Positions 28,855-39,885 of a DNA stretch of 64,000 bases are shown here, one piece after another. The notes under the pieces are model-generated. The model was not told the origin of the DNA. It made no database searches and saw nothing but the letters and a program-made list of their open reading frames with translations. A program made the position numbers and the translations under genes. Every line of letters begins with the position of its first letter. Positions within the stretch are counted from its first letter, which is position 1. This stretch comes from an uncultured Gammaproteobacteria bacterium. Lineage in GTDB: Bacteria > Patescibacteriota > Patescibacteriia > Magasanikbacterales > UBA922. Location of the stretch: assembly GCA_964435035.1 (NCBI GenBank), contig CAYSXR010000001.1:212622-276621 (forward strand), written 5' to 3'.

Positions 28855-30167
28855 ACATTCTTGAAATGAATGCAAACCTCGCATATGCTGGCGGACAGCG
28901 TAATATGGTTACGTTTGCAAAATATCTGCACAAGGATATGTTTTCAGTGACGGTATGTGCATATCACGGTGGAGGACCACTTGAGAGTGTTATTACATCG
29001 TTAGGAATTCCTTGTGTTGTTGCTGACGGTGATGTAGAAAAAATAGTTAGTATTATCAAGGAAAAAAATATTGATATTATCCATATCCATCGGTCAGGCG
29101 GGTATGTTGCAATTGAGACAAAAATATTACAAAGAGCAAAAGAGATCAATCCGAATATTATAATTATTGAAAAAAATGTGTTTGGTAAATTTGATCCAAC
29201 CGTTGACAGTATTATTGATTGCTCGCTCTTCCAGAGCATGATGCATATTCATGAGCGATATATACCAAAATCACATAAAGAATTTAATTTTGAAAAACAA
29301 AAGGTTTTGTATAACATGGTCGACCGGGAGGAGTTCGAGAGTTATCGAGTTTCAAAAGAGGAGATACAAAACTATCGAGAAAAAATTGGGGTTAAATCGG
29401 GTGAATATGTTATTGGTAAAATTGCTCGTCCAGCACTCGAAAAATGGAGTGATTTGTTAATTGATATGGTGCCTTATCTTGCGCGTGAGCTACAAGATTT
29501 TAAAGTAGTAATTATAGGGTGTCCTCCATCTCGGATACAAAGAATTAACAAAAGTCGGTATAAAAAATTCTTTATTCTACTTCCTGAAACAAGTGATCAG
29601 AAAGAAATTCATTTATTTTATCAATCCATTGATGTACTTGCACATAGTTCAAAAATTGGTGAATGTAATGGAAACACGATCAATGAAGCAATGTTTTGGA
29701 AAAAGCCCGTTCTTGTTAACTCTACCCCACGCAAAGATAATGGGCAGCTCGAGCAAGTAATTCATATGCAGAATGGAATTATTGCGAATACTCCTATGAC
29801 GTTTGCGCGTGCATTAGCATATCTCGGAACAAATGATGATGAGAGTAAGAAGATGGGTGAAGCTGGGTATGCACAAATACGGGCAGTGTATGATCCGGTA
29901 GTCGTAACCAAAAGGTTGGAAAAATTGTTTTTTGAAAAAATAGGTGCTAAAGATTTTTTAGCACCTGAAGAATATGTAAATATTGAATATTATCCAACTG
30001 AGCAGGAAATCAGAGACTACAAACAAGAATACAATATTCGTCTACAATGGGAATTTGGGAAACTTTCTACAGGAGATCGATTGCACCTCGTAGTATCTCT
30101 TCCGAGAAAATTTTATTTCAAAGTAAGGGATTTTGTTGAACATAAATGGAAATCATATGCAAAATAA
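28827..30167 (+). CDS. GT4 (GT-B) glycosyltransferase
   Basis: GG near the N-terminus; ECNGNTINE (ExxxxxxxE) motif. Confidence 0.8.
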   Translation: MAQRIPRTINILEMNANLAYAGGQRNMVTFAKYLHKDMFSVTVCAYHGGGPLESVITSLGIPCVVADGDVEKIVSIIKEKNIDIIHIHRSGGYVAIETKILQRAKEINPNIIIIEKNVFGKFDPTVDSIIDCSLFQSMMHIHERYIPKSHKEFNFEKQKVLYNMVDREEFESYRVSKEEIQNYREKIGVKSGEYVIGKIARPALEKWSDLLIDMVPYLARELQDFKVVIIGCPPSRIQRINKSRYKKFFILLPETSDQKEIHLFYQSIDVLAHSSKIGECNGNTINEAMFWKKPVLVNSTPRKDNGQLEQVIHMQNGIIANTPMTFARALAYLGTNDDESKKMGEAGYAQIRAVYDPVVVTKRLEKLFFEKIGAKDFLAPEEYVNIEYYPTEQEIRDYKQEYNIRLQWEFGKLSTGDRLHLVVSLPRKFYFKVRDFVEHKWKSYAK

Positions 30168-30975
30168 AAAAATTTCAGCGTGCTTAGTTGTGTATCATGA
30201 AGAGAAAGTTATTGAAAGATGTCTCAAAAGCATTCAAGGTTTGGTAGATGAGGTTATTGTCGTGCATGATGGACCGTGTACAGATCAAACAATTGAGATT
30301 GCTAAAAAGTATACTGATAAAATATTTATACGCGATCATGTGGGTATCATGGAAGCGCACTTAGTATTTGCATTTGAACAAGCACAAGGGGAATGGATCT
30401 TCCGAATTGATGCAGATGAATATGTAGATACTGCAGATTTTCAGAAAATTAAGGATAGAATTGAAGATAAAGAAGTAGACGCATTGATATTGAAATGGGA
30501 ATTGTGGAATGGGAAAAAGGTAATCACTTTTCCAGGATTACAAAAAATGTGCCTGGTTAGACGAGAGCATTTTCATTACCGCGGAATTCCACATGAAAAT
30601 GGATCAGTTGATGGAAGAATAGAAAAGCTCGATATTTTTCTCCATCATAGACCAGTATACAATAATATTGCATGGAAAAATTTCATGAGAAAAACCAGAC
30701 AGTGGGTACCTGTTCATGCGAGTTACTTTTTCCCTGAAGAAAGAAGTTTTTCATGTTTTAATGCAACACCTGACGCATGGCTCCAGCATACAGAAAAAGT
30801 AAGGAGATATATATGGTATTACGTGCTTATTGAGCCTATAAAGATGTCTTTGGGGCAGCTGAAAAATGGTTTATGGAGGAGTAGGTATGGGTGGCAGGTG
30901 GTATTGGAGAGGTCAGTCTATTATGGTATGCTGTACGGGCAAATTAAGAGACGAATGAATTCAAAAAAAGCCTAA
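30157..30975 (+). CDS. GT2 glycosyltransferase
   Basis: HEE, DG..TDQT, IDADE, PHE. Confidence 0.85.
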   Translation: MQNKKISACLVVYHEEKVIERCLKSIQGLVDEVIVVHDGPCTDQTIEIAKKYTDKIFIRDHVGIMEAHLVFAFEQAQGEWIFRIDADEYVDTADFQKIKDRIEDKEVDALILKWELWNGKKVITFPGLQKMCLVRREHFHYRGIPHENGSVDGRIEKLDIFLHHRPVYNNIAWKNFMRKTRQWVPVHASYFFPEERSFSCFNATPDAWLQHTEKVRRYIWYYVLIEPIKMSLGQLKNGLWRSRYGWQVVLERSVYYGMLYGQIKRRMNSKKA

Positions 30976-30977
30976 AT

Positions 30978-32144
30978 ATGGATAAACATAGCACTCGGAT
31001 AGCCCTTGTTAGAGGAAACGGCATGAATTCGTGGGAGGGGATGATGTGGAATGATATGGGTGACCAGTTCACGGTCACTGGTTTTTGTTCACAAAAAAAC
31101 CTATTTCCTGTTGATGATCTTACATTTCCTATAGTTCGTCTCAAAACTAACACAGATATACCCGTGTACAATAAAATTTCTCTCCTTTTGTCGGGTGTAT
31201 TTCAGAAGATGTATGGACTTGAATCAGAGTTAAAAAATTATGCGATTGCGCATACCGTTGAATTGTATAATTATTATACCTATCAGGCCGTTCTAGCAAA
31301 GAAGATTCATAGAAATCTCAAAGTCGTGACGACTGTGTGGGATAACAGTTTTGGGCGTTTTGAGTATGAATACGCACTGTCTATGCGTCCGCCTGCATTT
31401 TGGAGAAAAAAGATGCAAAAAATTATTGATACAAATATTCAAGGTGTTGATAGATTTGTTGCGGTTAGTGAATATAGTAAAGAATTGCTCAAAGATTATG
31501 GAGTACCTGAAGAAAAAATAAGAGTAGTAATTCCTGGTCTGGTAGATATATCTGAAGAGAAAACATCATTAATCGAAAAATATAATCTAGCTGGTACGCA
31601 GTTTTTTCTCATGGTGAATAGACTAAAAAAAGAGAAAGGTGTGTATGATGTGCTCTATGCATGGAAAATGTATGTAAAGAATACTATACAGGAAAATCCA
31701 CTGCTCGTGATAGTTGGCGATGGTCCTGAGCGGGATAGTATGCTCAGGCTCATAAAAGAATGGGGGATCGAGAAAACAGTACGCTATATCAGACAATTAC
31801 CAAATCAAGAAATTCGAAATCTATATCATGATGCACGTGCCTTGATTTTGGGAAGTATTCCGACACCGTTGTGGCAAGAACAATTTGGATACGTGCTTGC
31901 TGAAGCATTGTCTTGTGGATGCCCAGTAATATCTACCTTGTCTGGTTCGATTCCCGAGGTAGTGAATGATGCTGGAATTTTGTGCCCTCCAGGCAGTCCG
32001 GTAGCTCTCGTAGAAGCAATGAGAAAATTGGAGGATCCATCAGTTATGACAGACTATCGACGCAAAGCGGCGCAATCAAAAGTGCGATTTGCACAAAGTC
32101 GTTTTCAAAAAGAAATGAGTGATATCTATTCTGAATTAGTATGA
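30978..32144 (+). CDS. GT4 glycosyltransferase
   Basis: [22 protein letters not shown]. Confidence 0.88.
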   Translation: MDKHSTRIALVRGNGMNSWEGMMWNDMGDQFTVTGFCSQKNLFPVDDLTFPIVRLKTNTDIPVYNKISLLLSGVFQKMYGLESELKNYAIAHTVELYNYYTYQAVLAKKIHRNLKVVTTVWDNSFGRFEYEYALSMRPPAFWRKKMQKIIDTNIQGVDRFVAVSEYSKELLKDYGVPEEKIRVVIPGLVDISEEKTSLIEKYNLAGTQFFLMVNRLKKEKGVYDVLYAWKMYVKNTIQENPLLVIVGDGPERDSMLRLIKEWGIEKTVRYIRQLPNQEIRNLYHDARALILGSIPTPLWQEQFGYVLAEALSCGCPVISTLSGSIPEVVNDAGILCPPGSPVALVEAMRKLEDPSVMTDYRRKAAQSKVRFAQSRFQKEMSDIYSELV

Positions 32145-32836
32145 AAGTTTCGATTGTGATCCCGGTGTATAATGAAAAAAAAACCATTGAAGCACTTCTC
32201 TCAAAAGTAGCATCTGTTGTAGTACCTGGCTGGGAGAAAGAAATAATTGTAGTTGAGGATTGTTCAGTTGATGGAACCAATGAAATTCTCAAAAGATTGG
32301 ATGCTAGCCTATATCGGGTTATTTTTCATACTGAAAATCAGGGTAAAGGAGGTGCGTTGCATACAGGCTTTGCAGCAGCGACAGGGGATTATATTTTGGT
32401 ACAAGATGCAGACCTTGAATATGATCCAGAAGAATATCAGAAATTACTAGAGCCAGTTACTAAGTATGGTGCAGATGTGGTATATGGATCACGATTTATG
32501 GGAGGTGGGGCGCATCGGGTGGTATATTTTTGGCATTACGTGGGCAATAGATTTTTGACGTTGTTGTCGAATATGTTTACAAATCTGAATCTCACAGACA
32601 TGGAAACGTGCTATAAATTATTTAGACGAGACATATTACAAAAAATAACACTTGAGCAAAAACGTTTTGGGTTTGATCCAGAAGTAACTGCAAAAGTAGC
32701 CCGAATAAAGCCGATCAAAATATTTGAGGTAGGTATATCATACAACGGAAGAACATATGCTGAAGGAAAAAAAATCACCTGGAAAGACGGGTTTAGAGTA
32801 ATATATTGTATTATCAAATATGGATTATTTAAGTAA
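32141..32836 (+). CDS. GT2 glycosyltransferase (DPM1-like polyprenol-phosphate sugar synthase)
   Basis: [36 protein letters not shown]. Confidence 0.88.
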   Translation: MKVSIVIPVYNEKKTIEALLSKVASVVVPGWEKEIIVVEDCSVDGTNEILKRLDASLYRVIFHTENQGKGGALHTGFAAATGDYILVQDADLEYDPEEYQKLLEPVTKYGADVVYGSRFMGGGAHRVVYFWHYVGNRFLTLLSNMFTNLNLTDMETCYKLFRRDILQKITLEQKRFGFDPEVTAKVARIKPIKIFEVGISYNGRTYAEGKKITWKDGFRVIYCIIKYGLFK

Positions 32837-34016
32837 TTTATTTAGGAATTCAAATAAAGTAGTAGTTTTATTTTTTTTAGTGGTTTTGAATTTAATTGTA
32901 TTTAGTAGCATTTTTGGTTTCCATGCAACAAGTGACACTGATAGCTTTGTCCTTGCAATTGATTTTTTTAAAGGAAGTGGCGACATCATTTACCCAAATC
33001 GCTATCTGAATCCTTTCTACCCAGTAGTTGCTTCCACACTACTTCCTTTTTTGTCAGCGGCACAGAGTATCGTAGTCATAAATATATTTTTTTATTTTGG
33101 AATTGTATTTCTTACCTACGGACTTGTACGTAGAGTTTTCAAAAACAATGTTACGGGATTTATTGCTGCGCTAATGATTATGACCGCGTATCCCATGCTT
33201 CGATATGGACTATTGCAGGTTCAGGACATTGGAGGTTATTTCTGGTTTCTCGCTACGATCTATACCTCGTGGAGATGGTATGAAGACAAGGATTGGAGAT
33301 GGCTTGCATTGGGGAGTATCTCGGTTGCGTTTGGTGTCTTGACCAAAGAGAGCGGATGTATGGGCGCATTATTTACCGGGCTTTTGATTCTTGGTACTCG
33401 TGGTTTTTCATGGAAAAAGAAAGTAATGCTCATTGTAGGTTTTGCCTTGCTCCCACTTATCACTATTATCATTAATGCCGTAAGAGGAAATGATGTTGGG
33501 TATAGTTCAGCACAATGGTTTATTGATAATTGGCATGTGTACGCACCTGGAAATTACACGATAGTAAAATGGCTCGGAGTAAACCTTACGACATATAACA
33601 TGTTGTGGATTTTTATTGCGTATGGTTCTTATATCCTAATAAAAAATCGAAAGACGCTTGATCCGCAAATCATGAAGTATTTATTATTCATGATTCCCTC
33701 AAGCGCGTCATACTTTGCGTGGCCCATGTTTATCGGAAGAACTGTTCTTATTTCAGCTTGGTTTTTTATTCCAGTAGCAGCTTTTGCACTATCCTATATC
33801 ATAAGCCGTGGAGGGAAGTATCGATTGCTAGGTATTGGATTAGTGATCGTATGTGTTATTACACCGTATATTTTGCAATATATTATCGCCTATGCGCCAC
33901 TATTTTCTATTTTGGAAATTTGTCATTACAATCCGGTTTGTAGTGTTCAGTATTTTGTAGAGCATTGGTATGAATTTAGTCGAACTGGTGTCTATTCAGC
34001 TCCATTGGTGAATTAA
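32820..34016 (+). CDS. GT-C (ArnT/PMT-like) membrane glycosyltransferase
   Basis: N-terminal loop SDTDSF, multiple TMs, TKES motif. Confidence 0.6.
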   Translation: MDYLSNLFRNSNKVVVLFFLVVLNLIVFSSIFGFHATSDTDSFVLAIDFFKGSGDIIYPNRYLNPFYPVVASTLLPFLSAAQSIVVINIFFYFGIVFLTYGLVRRVFKNNVTGFIAALMIMTAYPMLRYGLLQVQDIGGYFWFLATIYTSWRWYEDKDWRWLALGSISVAFGVLTKESGCMGALFTGLLILGTRGFSWKKKVMLIVGFALLPLITIIINAVRGNDVGYSSAQWFIDNWHVYAPGNYTIVKWLGVNLTTYNMLWIFIAYGSYILIKNRKTLDPQIMKYLLFMIPSSASYFAWPMFIGRTVLISAWFFIPVAAFALSYIISRGGKYRLLGIGLVIVCVITPYILQYIIAYAPLFSILEICHYNPVCSVQYFVEHWYEFSRTGVYSAPLVN

Positions 34017-34714
34017 TGTATATGCTGCACGTATCACTTATTATCCCTACATATAATGAAGCAAAAAATCTACCCTTATTGGTCAAAGAAGTTTTTGATG
34101 CTATAGATCGGTCACAGATTGATTTGGAGCTTATTATTGTTGATGATAATTCTCCTGATGGTACGGGCGCTGTTGCTGAAGAATTGGGTAAGGCCTACCC
34201 GGTAAGAACTGTACATCGGTCAGGGAAATTGGGTTTAGGAAGCGCAGTTCGTGCAGGATTTGATGAGTCGAAGCGTGACTACCTGGGAGTTATGGATGCT
34301 GATTTGAGTCATGATCCGAGTGTGCTCAATTTTATGATTATGTCTTTGACTGAGTATGATATTGTACTCGGAAGCAGATTTGAAAAGGGGAGTGTTGTGG
34401 AACAATGGAAATGGTGGCGCGCATTGATTTCAAAAGTGGGGGTTGCATTGACCTATGTATTAACAGGAGTCCGGGATCCTTTGAGCGGGTATTTCTTTTT
34501 ACGTAGATCGGTAATTAATAACACTACTCTCGATACTACGGGATATAAAATATTACTTGAAATTCTTATTAAGGGGTCATATAAAAAAGTTAAGGAAGTA
34601 CCCTTTAGATTTCGAATCAGAAAATTCAGTACATCAAAACTTGATGGTAAGGAGCATTTGCTATTTTTAAAACAAGTTATCGCGTATACTTGGTATAAGA
34701 TTTGTAAAAAATAA
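34016..34714 (+). CDS. GT2 polyprenol-monophosphomannose synthase-like
   Basis: PTYNE, DDNSPDGT, GLGSA, MDADLSH, DPLSGYF, GYKILLE. Confidence 0.88.
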   Translation: MYMLHVSLIIPTYNEAKNLPLLVKEVFDAIDRSQIDLELIIVDDNSPDGTGAVAEELGKAYPVRTVHRSGKLGLGSAVRAGFDESKRDYLGVMDADLSHDPSVLNFMIMSLTEYDIVLGSRFEKGSVVEQWKWWRALISKVGVALTYVLTGVRDPLSGYFFLRRSVINNTTLDTTGYKILLEILIKGSYKKVKEVPFRFRIRKFSTSKLDGKEHLLFLKQVIAYTWYKICKK

Positions 34715-34715
34715 C

Positions 34716-36269
34716 ATGTTGGTACGCATTAAAAACTGGATAAAAAACAACTTACCGCTAGTTCTCATACTTAGTTTATCTATATTTTTATTGTTATTTA
34801 GAATAAATTATCGGACATTCTGGATGGATGAAACCATGATCTTGAATTATTTCCATCAAGGAATTTTTGAGTTTATTGCCGAATATATACGGTTTCCAGA
34901 TAATCATCCCCCTTTGTACTATTTTTTGGCTCTGATGGTGAGTAAAGTGTTACCATGGTCAGAATTGACCGTGAGGCTTATCTCAATACTCTCTGGCTTC
35001 GGTATCGTATTACTCACATATCGGTTCACCTATCGCGTTACGAATGCCAAAAAGACGGCACTACTTACAGCTTTTTTTACTGCATTCTCTTCATACTTTA
35101 TTTTGATTTCACAGATGGCTCGATACCATAGCTTTGCAGGGCTAAGCGCATTATTAGCAATGTATTACTTCTATCGTTTATATGTAGAAGGGTATGAAAA
35201 GAAATTGTGGGTCTATTATCTGGGTGCGCTTATATTAACAGGATATGTTGACTATCCTCATTTTATTTATGCAGTGCTTATTACGAATGCGTTTATTCTA
35301 TATCGCACAATTCGTACACAAGCAATTGTCACCTTTAAAAATTGGTTTCTTGGAAATCTGTTAGTTGCTGTAGCGTGCACACCACTTGCTTGGATGCTCT
35401 ATCATAGGATTTTTATTCAAGGAGATGGTGGATGGGAAAATGTAAATTTACTAGGTAATTCACTGGTAAATATCTTCGCTGGTATTTTGTTCCATATATA
35501 TGTATTTTTCTTTGGAGAAAATATATTTCCGTGGAACTATGTTATTTTTACCATAGGATGTCTGGCACTCGGGGGAATGCTTGTGGGGTTAGTTAAACTT
35601 ATACAAAAACGACAGGTTAGTCGTCCTGGGATATTCGTTGTCATGTTGTTTCTAGTTAGTATTATGGTAAACACGGTATTCATGAACGTCATGAATCCTA
35701 GATACAATTTTACCGTATATCCAAAATTTGGTTTTGTAGCCTATGCATTAGGTGTTATGGTTTTTGTATTGTGTATCTCAAGTGTAACATCAAAAAAAAT
35801 ACAAAATACTTTGTTTATAGCATGGTTGTTGGTTGCTTCTGCAGGATTGTATCATTTTTATACAGCGAATAATTATCTTAATCCAAGCTATTTCCGTACG
35901 TTTGAATCTTTTGAATATGTACGTGACGCATCTCAAGAGGGGGATTATCTTGCAATTACCCCTGATGCGAGTGAAGGATTGTATCTTTTTTATAAAGAGA
36001 GTTATCTAGAAAACGTGACTCCTTTAGATTGGAAAAATTTTCAATCATCAACCATGCTAGTGTCATCTCGTGTATGGTTCTTCTCAACCGGAGAAGATGG
36101 TGAGGGAGAAAGTGTAACTACTGAAAAAAAAGTTCCCGAAGGGTATAAAATTATTGAGCGTTTTGATAGTGTACCGCTTGATCCAGTGTTCAAAGAACTA
36201 AAAGAGAAATTTTTACATAGACCAAGTTATACATATAAATATACCGTATTTTTACTTGAAAAAATATGA
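34716..36269 (+). CDS. GT-C (PMT_2/GT39-GT83-like) membrane glycosyltransferase
   Basis: FWMDE, DNHPPLYY, VRL.S, SQMARY. Confidence 0.8.
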   Translation: MLVRIKNWIKNNLPLVLILSLSIFLLLFRINYRTFWMDETMILNYFHQGIFEFIAEYIRFPDNHPPLYYFLALMVSKVLPWSELTVRLISILSGFGIVLLTYRFTYRVTNAKKTALLTAFFTAFSSYFILISQMARYHSFAGLSALLAMYYFYRLYVEGYEKKLWVYYLGALILTGYVDYPHFIYAVLITNAFILYRTIRTQAIVTFKNWFLGNLLVAVACTPLAWMLYHRIFIQGDGGWENVNLLGNSLVNIFAGILFHIYVFFFGENIFPWNYVIFTIGCLALGGMLVGLVKLIQKRQVSRPGIFVVMLFLVSIMVNTVFMNVMNPRYNFTVYPKFGFVAYALGVMVFVLCISSVTSKKIQNTLFIAWLLVASAGLYHFYTANNYLNPSYFRTFESFEYVRDASQEGDYLAITPDASEGLYLFYKESYLENVTPLDWKNFQSSTMLVSSRVWFFSTGEDGEGESVTTEKKVPEGYKIIERFDSVPLDPVFKELKEKFLHRPSYTYKYTVFLLEKI

Positions 36270-37123
36270 ACTGTATCAATTGCAAAAATCAGATGACGTA
36301 TTACTTTACCAAAAAAGGTTTTAAAATTTTCAAATGCACTCACTGCAAGCTGCTTGCCGTAGAAAATGTGCCCGAAGACTTGGCGCCTTTTTATTCAGAA
36401 GGATATTTTACTGGTGATGTGACGCTTGATGGGTACATGGACTATGAGCTCGATAAAGAAGTTACTAAAAGCACATACGTGTATTACCTAGATAAAATTC
36501 AGGAGCAATTACAAGGCAAAAAAAATCCAAAACTTTTTGAAGTGGGTTGTGCAACTGGATTTTTTTTACAGCTTGCAAAAGATCGTGGATGGGAAGTGAG
36601 TGGGATAGATGTGTCAGAATATGCGATAAAAAAAGGACAAGAAAAAGGGCTTGATGTTGTGGTCGCTGCTATTGAAGATATTACCAGCGAAGTAAAAAAA
36701 GATGTGGTCGCAATGTATGACCTTATCGAACATGTAAAAGATCCACTGGGTGTATTACAAAGAACAAGAGAAATGCTTGTACCAGGTGGAATGATCGTGC
36801 TGACTACGCCTGATGCAGGGAGTCTGTGGGCACGTGCATGGGGTAGTAAGTGGCATGCGTTTGTGCCCCCACAACATCTGTTTTATTTCTCAGATAAAAA
36901 TTTGTGCGATATTTTAGTTGTACATGGATTTGAAGTGGTTACGGTTGCACACCATGGAAAACGTTTTGCAATTCCGTATATTATCCGGTTATTGTATAGC
37001 TGGACTGGATTAAAATTATTTTCAAAGCTTGCAGAATGGTCGTCTCATTCATTTTTGAAGAACATTGCTATTCCGATTAATCTACGGGACACAGCGTTTA
37101 TTATTGCTCGAAAGAAAAGTTAA
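36266..37123 (+). CDS. Class I SAM methyltransferase with N-terminal Zn ribbon
   Basis: CINC...CTHC, EVGCATG, DLIEH, PPQHL.YF. Confidence 0.85.
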   Translation: MNCINCKNQMTYYFTKKGFKIFKCTHCKLLAVENVPEDLAPFYSEGYFTGDVTLDGYMDYELDKEVTKSTYVYYLDKIQEQLQGKKNPKLFEVGCATGFFLQLAKDRGWEVSGIDVSEYAIKKGQEKGLDVVVAAIEDITSEVKKDVVAMYDLIEHVKDPLGVLQRTREMLVPGGMIVLTTPDAGSLWARAWGSKWHAFVPPQHLFYFSDKNLCDILVVHGFEVVTVAHHGKRFAIPYIIRLLYSWTGLKLFSKLAEWSSHSFLKNIAIPINLRDTAFIIARKKS

Positions 37124-37124
37124 T

Positions 37125-38087
37125 ATGGTTTCACTGATTATTACGGTAAAAAATGAAAGTGCAAATATCAGAGACTGGTTTCAGAGTCTTAAAGTTCAGA
37201 CAAGATTTCCTGATGAGATCGTGATTGTTGATGGCGGGTCAACTGATGGAACCTGGGAATATCTTCAGAGTATTGCTTCAGACGTGGTTAGAGTATTTCA
37301 AGAAAAAGGCAATATCGCTCATGGGAGGAATTTTGCAATCAGTCATGCTGTGGGAGATATTATTGTAGCGACTGACGCGGGGTGCATATATGTAAACGAT
37401 TGGCTCGAGCGCATTCTCGTGCCATTGGAGACCGGAGAAGTGCAAAGTGCTGCCACGGCTTTCAAACCATGGTTAAAAGCGGATGATAGTCTGGTGGTTG
37501 CACTGATTGCTTCAGCAACAACTCCGATACAAAGAGAGTTTAGTAAAAAATGGTTTCCTTCAAGTAGGTCGTGTGCATTTTTTAAAAGCGTGTGGAGCGA
37601 AGTGGGTGGGTATCCAGAATGGATTCCCTATTGTGAGGATGTGATTTTTGATATACAAATAGAGAAAAAGGGGAATGAGATACTTTTAATCAATGATTTA
37701 TTGGTAGCGTGGAGGCCTCGACTGACAACCAGTGAGTATTGCAGACAATTGTACAATTACACGAGAAGTGATGCGCATGGAAAATTATTTTATGGTAGAC
37801 AATTTATACGGTTTGCTACATATGCGGCTTTGACTGCTTTAATAACTTTGGTCATTACATATTCATTGTGGATTGTTTTAGTGATTGCGTTGCTCGGGTC
37901 AATCTATATGATGAAGTTTTGGAACCGTTTTTTTGAGTTTTCAAAAACAAAAAAAATACCTAGTCGAATACTAGGATTTTTGTTATTACCATTTATTGTT
38001 TTGATTGGGGATGGTGCAAAGATGTGTGGCTGGATTGTGGGATTATTCGAACGATGGAGTGGGAAAATACAATACCAATCTTATTGA
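37125..38087 (+). CDS. GT2 glycosyltransferase with C-terminal TMs
   Basis: KNE, DGGSTDGT, GRN, TDAG, PSSRS, GGYPE....ED. Confidence 0.85.
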   Translation: MVSLIITVKNESANIRDWFQSLKVQTRFPDEIVIVDGGSTDGTWEYLQSIASDVVRVFQEKGNIAHGRNFAISHAVGDIIVATDAGCIYVNDWLERILVPLETGEVQSAATAFKPWLKADDSLVVALIASATTPIQREFSKKWFPSSRSCAFFKSVWSEVGGYPEWIPYCEDVIFDIQIEKKGNEILLINDLLVAWRPRLTTSEYCRQLYNYTRSDAHGKLFYGRQFIRFATYAALTALITLVITYSLWIVLVIALLGSIYMMKFWNRFFEFSKTKKIPSRILGFLLLPFIVLIGDGAKMCGWIVGLFERWSGKIQYQSY

Positions 38088-39217
38088 GACAAAGTTTTTT
38101 CTATAGATTCCCATAATTTTTTTGCAGTGCTATCCCAGGAAAATTGTATTCGTTGTTTTTTACCATGTTCGATTAACTGTTTTCTGAGTTTCTCGTCGGA
38201 ATACAAAGTACACATGGCATTTTTTATTTCTTCTACATTAAACGGATCAAAGTACAGTGCAGCACTCCCTGCAATTTCTGGTAATGAAGTAACGCGTGAA
38301 GAAATTATGGGAACTTCTGAATTCATTGCTTCGATCAGTGGCACACCAAACCCTTCAAAATAAGGTGGGTAGACGAGACAAAAAGCAGATCCGAGTAAGG
38401 TTTGTAGTTCATGATCATCTATTCGACCAGTAAAAATAACGTCTTTTGTGTAGGTAAGTTTCTGTAATGTTTTTTGAATTTTTGATTTTCCCCAGAACAT
38501 TCGCCCAGAAATAACTAATTTCATATCACTACCGCTCTCTTTCTTGAACAAATCAAATGCTTGAAGCAGCCTCACAATATTTTTTCTCGGATGTACGGAT
38601 CCAATAAAAATAAAATATTCTTTTCCATCAGTATATTTTATGCGTGTTACTATCTTTGAGTCTTCATTAAGTGGTTTGAAGCGTGGATCAACGCCATTGT
38701 ACACCACATCAATCTTAGAAGGGTTTAGATTATACTGTTTTACTAAATCAGCTTTGCTGTAATTGGAAACAGTGGCTATCCGTGTAGCTTCGCGTGCATA
38801 TCGTGGAAAAAAGAGGTTGTAGAATGTTGAAGTCAAAAATTTTAAATCTTTTGGGTAATGTATAAAATTGATATCATGAATGACTGATAATATCTTTGTA
38901 TTACTGCCAAGTGGTATGATTCCCTCAGGAGATACAAATAGGTCTGGTTTGATTTTTTGTAGGGTAGATTTGAGACGTACATGATACCAAAGGTAGGTAA
39001 ACAAAGGATTGGTGGTGGCAGGTGGTATTATTATTGGTGTGATATTTTGTGAAAAAATAAAAGATGGGTCATGTGGCCGATCGAATAAGAAAAAGAACTG
39101 CACTTCAGGGTGTGCTGCTGTAATTTTCTGGAGTGTGTGAAACGTGAAATAACCAATACCATCAAGACGGTCTTTCTGGAGCATTCGCGTGTTTACTGCA
39201 ATTTTGATCTGGTTCAT
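38081..39217 (-). CDS. GT4 glycosyltransferase (mannosyltransferase-like)
   Basis: GIG, IHD, PRKN, EGFGVPLIEAM. Confidence 0.9.
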   Translation of the reverse strand: MNQIKIAVNTRMLQKDRLDGIGYFTFHTLQKITAAHPEVQFFFLFDRPHDPSFIFSQNITPIIIPPATTNPLFTYLWYHVRLKSTLQKIKPDLFVSPEGIIPLGSNTKILSVIHDINFIHYPKDLKFLTSTFYNLFFPRYAREATRIATVSNYSKADLVKQYNLNPSKIDVVYNGVDPRFKPLNEDSKIVTRIKYTDGKEYFIFIGSVHPRKNIVRLLQAFDLFKKESGSDMKLVISGRMFWGKSKIQKTLQKLTYTKDVIFTGRIDDHELQTLLGSAFCLVYPPYFEGFGVPLIEAMNSEVPIISSRVTSLPEIAGSAALYFDPFNVEEIKNAMCTLYSDEKLRKQLIEHGKKQRIQFSWDSTAKKLWESIEKTLSQ

Positions 39218-39277
39218 AGAGTAATAAGGCTTGTGATAGAACTATAATATCGTATAAAACATATTTCTTCCAGTAGC

Positions 39278-39306
39278 TTGCAAATTGGCGTATTTTACGA
39301 TATTAT
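39278..39306 (+). promoter_or_regulatory. Putative sigma70 promoter very close to the start codon
   Basis: TTGCAA-17 nt-TATTAT ending 9 nt before ATG 39316. Confidence 0.5.
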
Positions 39307-39315
39307 CTAGCAAGT

Positions 39316-39867
39316 ATGGAAACAAAAAAATTGAATCTAGGATGTGGCACTAATATACAAAAAGGTTGGGTAAATCTTGATATTTCATCATTGCCAGGAG
39401 TAGATGTGGTGCATGATGTGGAGAAGTTGCCACTTCCGTTTAGTGAAAACGAGTTTAGTGAAATTCTCTGTCAGGATATTCTTGAGCACGTTGAATATAT
39501 CCCTATTTTAAAAGAACTCCACCGGATAACGGCACCTGGTGGCGAGGTTTCAATACGGGTACCGCACTTCACTTCCAAACACAATTTTATTGACCCAACG
39601 CACAAAAAAATGTTTTCAATCAATACCTTTGATTTTTTTGTAAAAAATTCTTTTCAACAACATGGTCGTGGGTATTATTTCGACTTCGCATTTAGCTCAT
39701 GCTCAAGTGCAAAAATAACATTTGAACGAGGCTCGATCCTCTTCTTCTTGCATCCGCTTATCGAGCGATGGGTCAATATAAGTCCTCGTATGCAGAAAAT
39801 TTATGAGTCGACATTCCTCTCCCGTTTATTTCCAGCAGCTAATATCCTCATTTCGCTGGTGAAGTAA
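39316..39867 (+). CDS. Class I SAM-dependent methyltransferase
   Basis: LNLGCG, LPF, LEH, VPH, DPTH. Confidence 0.85.
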   Translation: METKKLNLGCGTNIQKGWVNLDISSLPGVDVVHDVEKLPLPFSENEFSEILCQDILEHVEYIPILKELHRITAPGGEVSIRVPHFTSKHNFIDPTHKKMFSINTFDFFVKNSFQQHGRGYYFDFAFSSCSSAKITFERGSILFFLHPLIERWVNISPRMQKIYESTFLSRLFPAANILISLVK

Positions 39868-39885
39868 TGGTCTTACATTGGTGAT

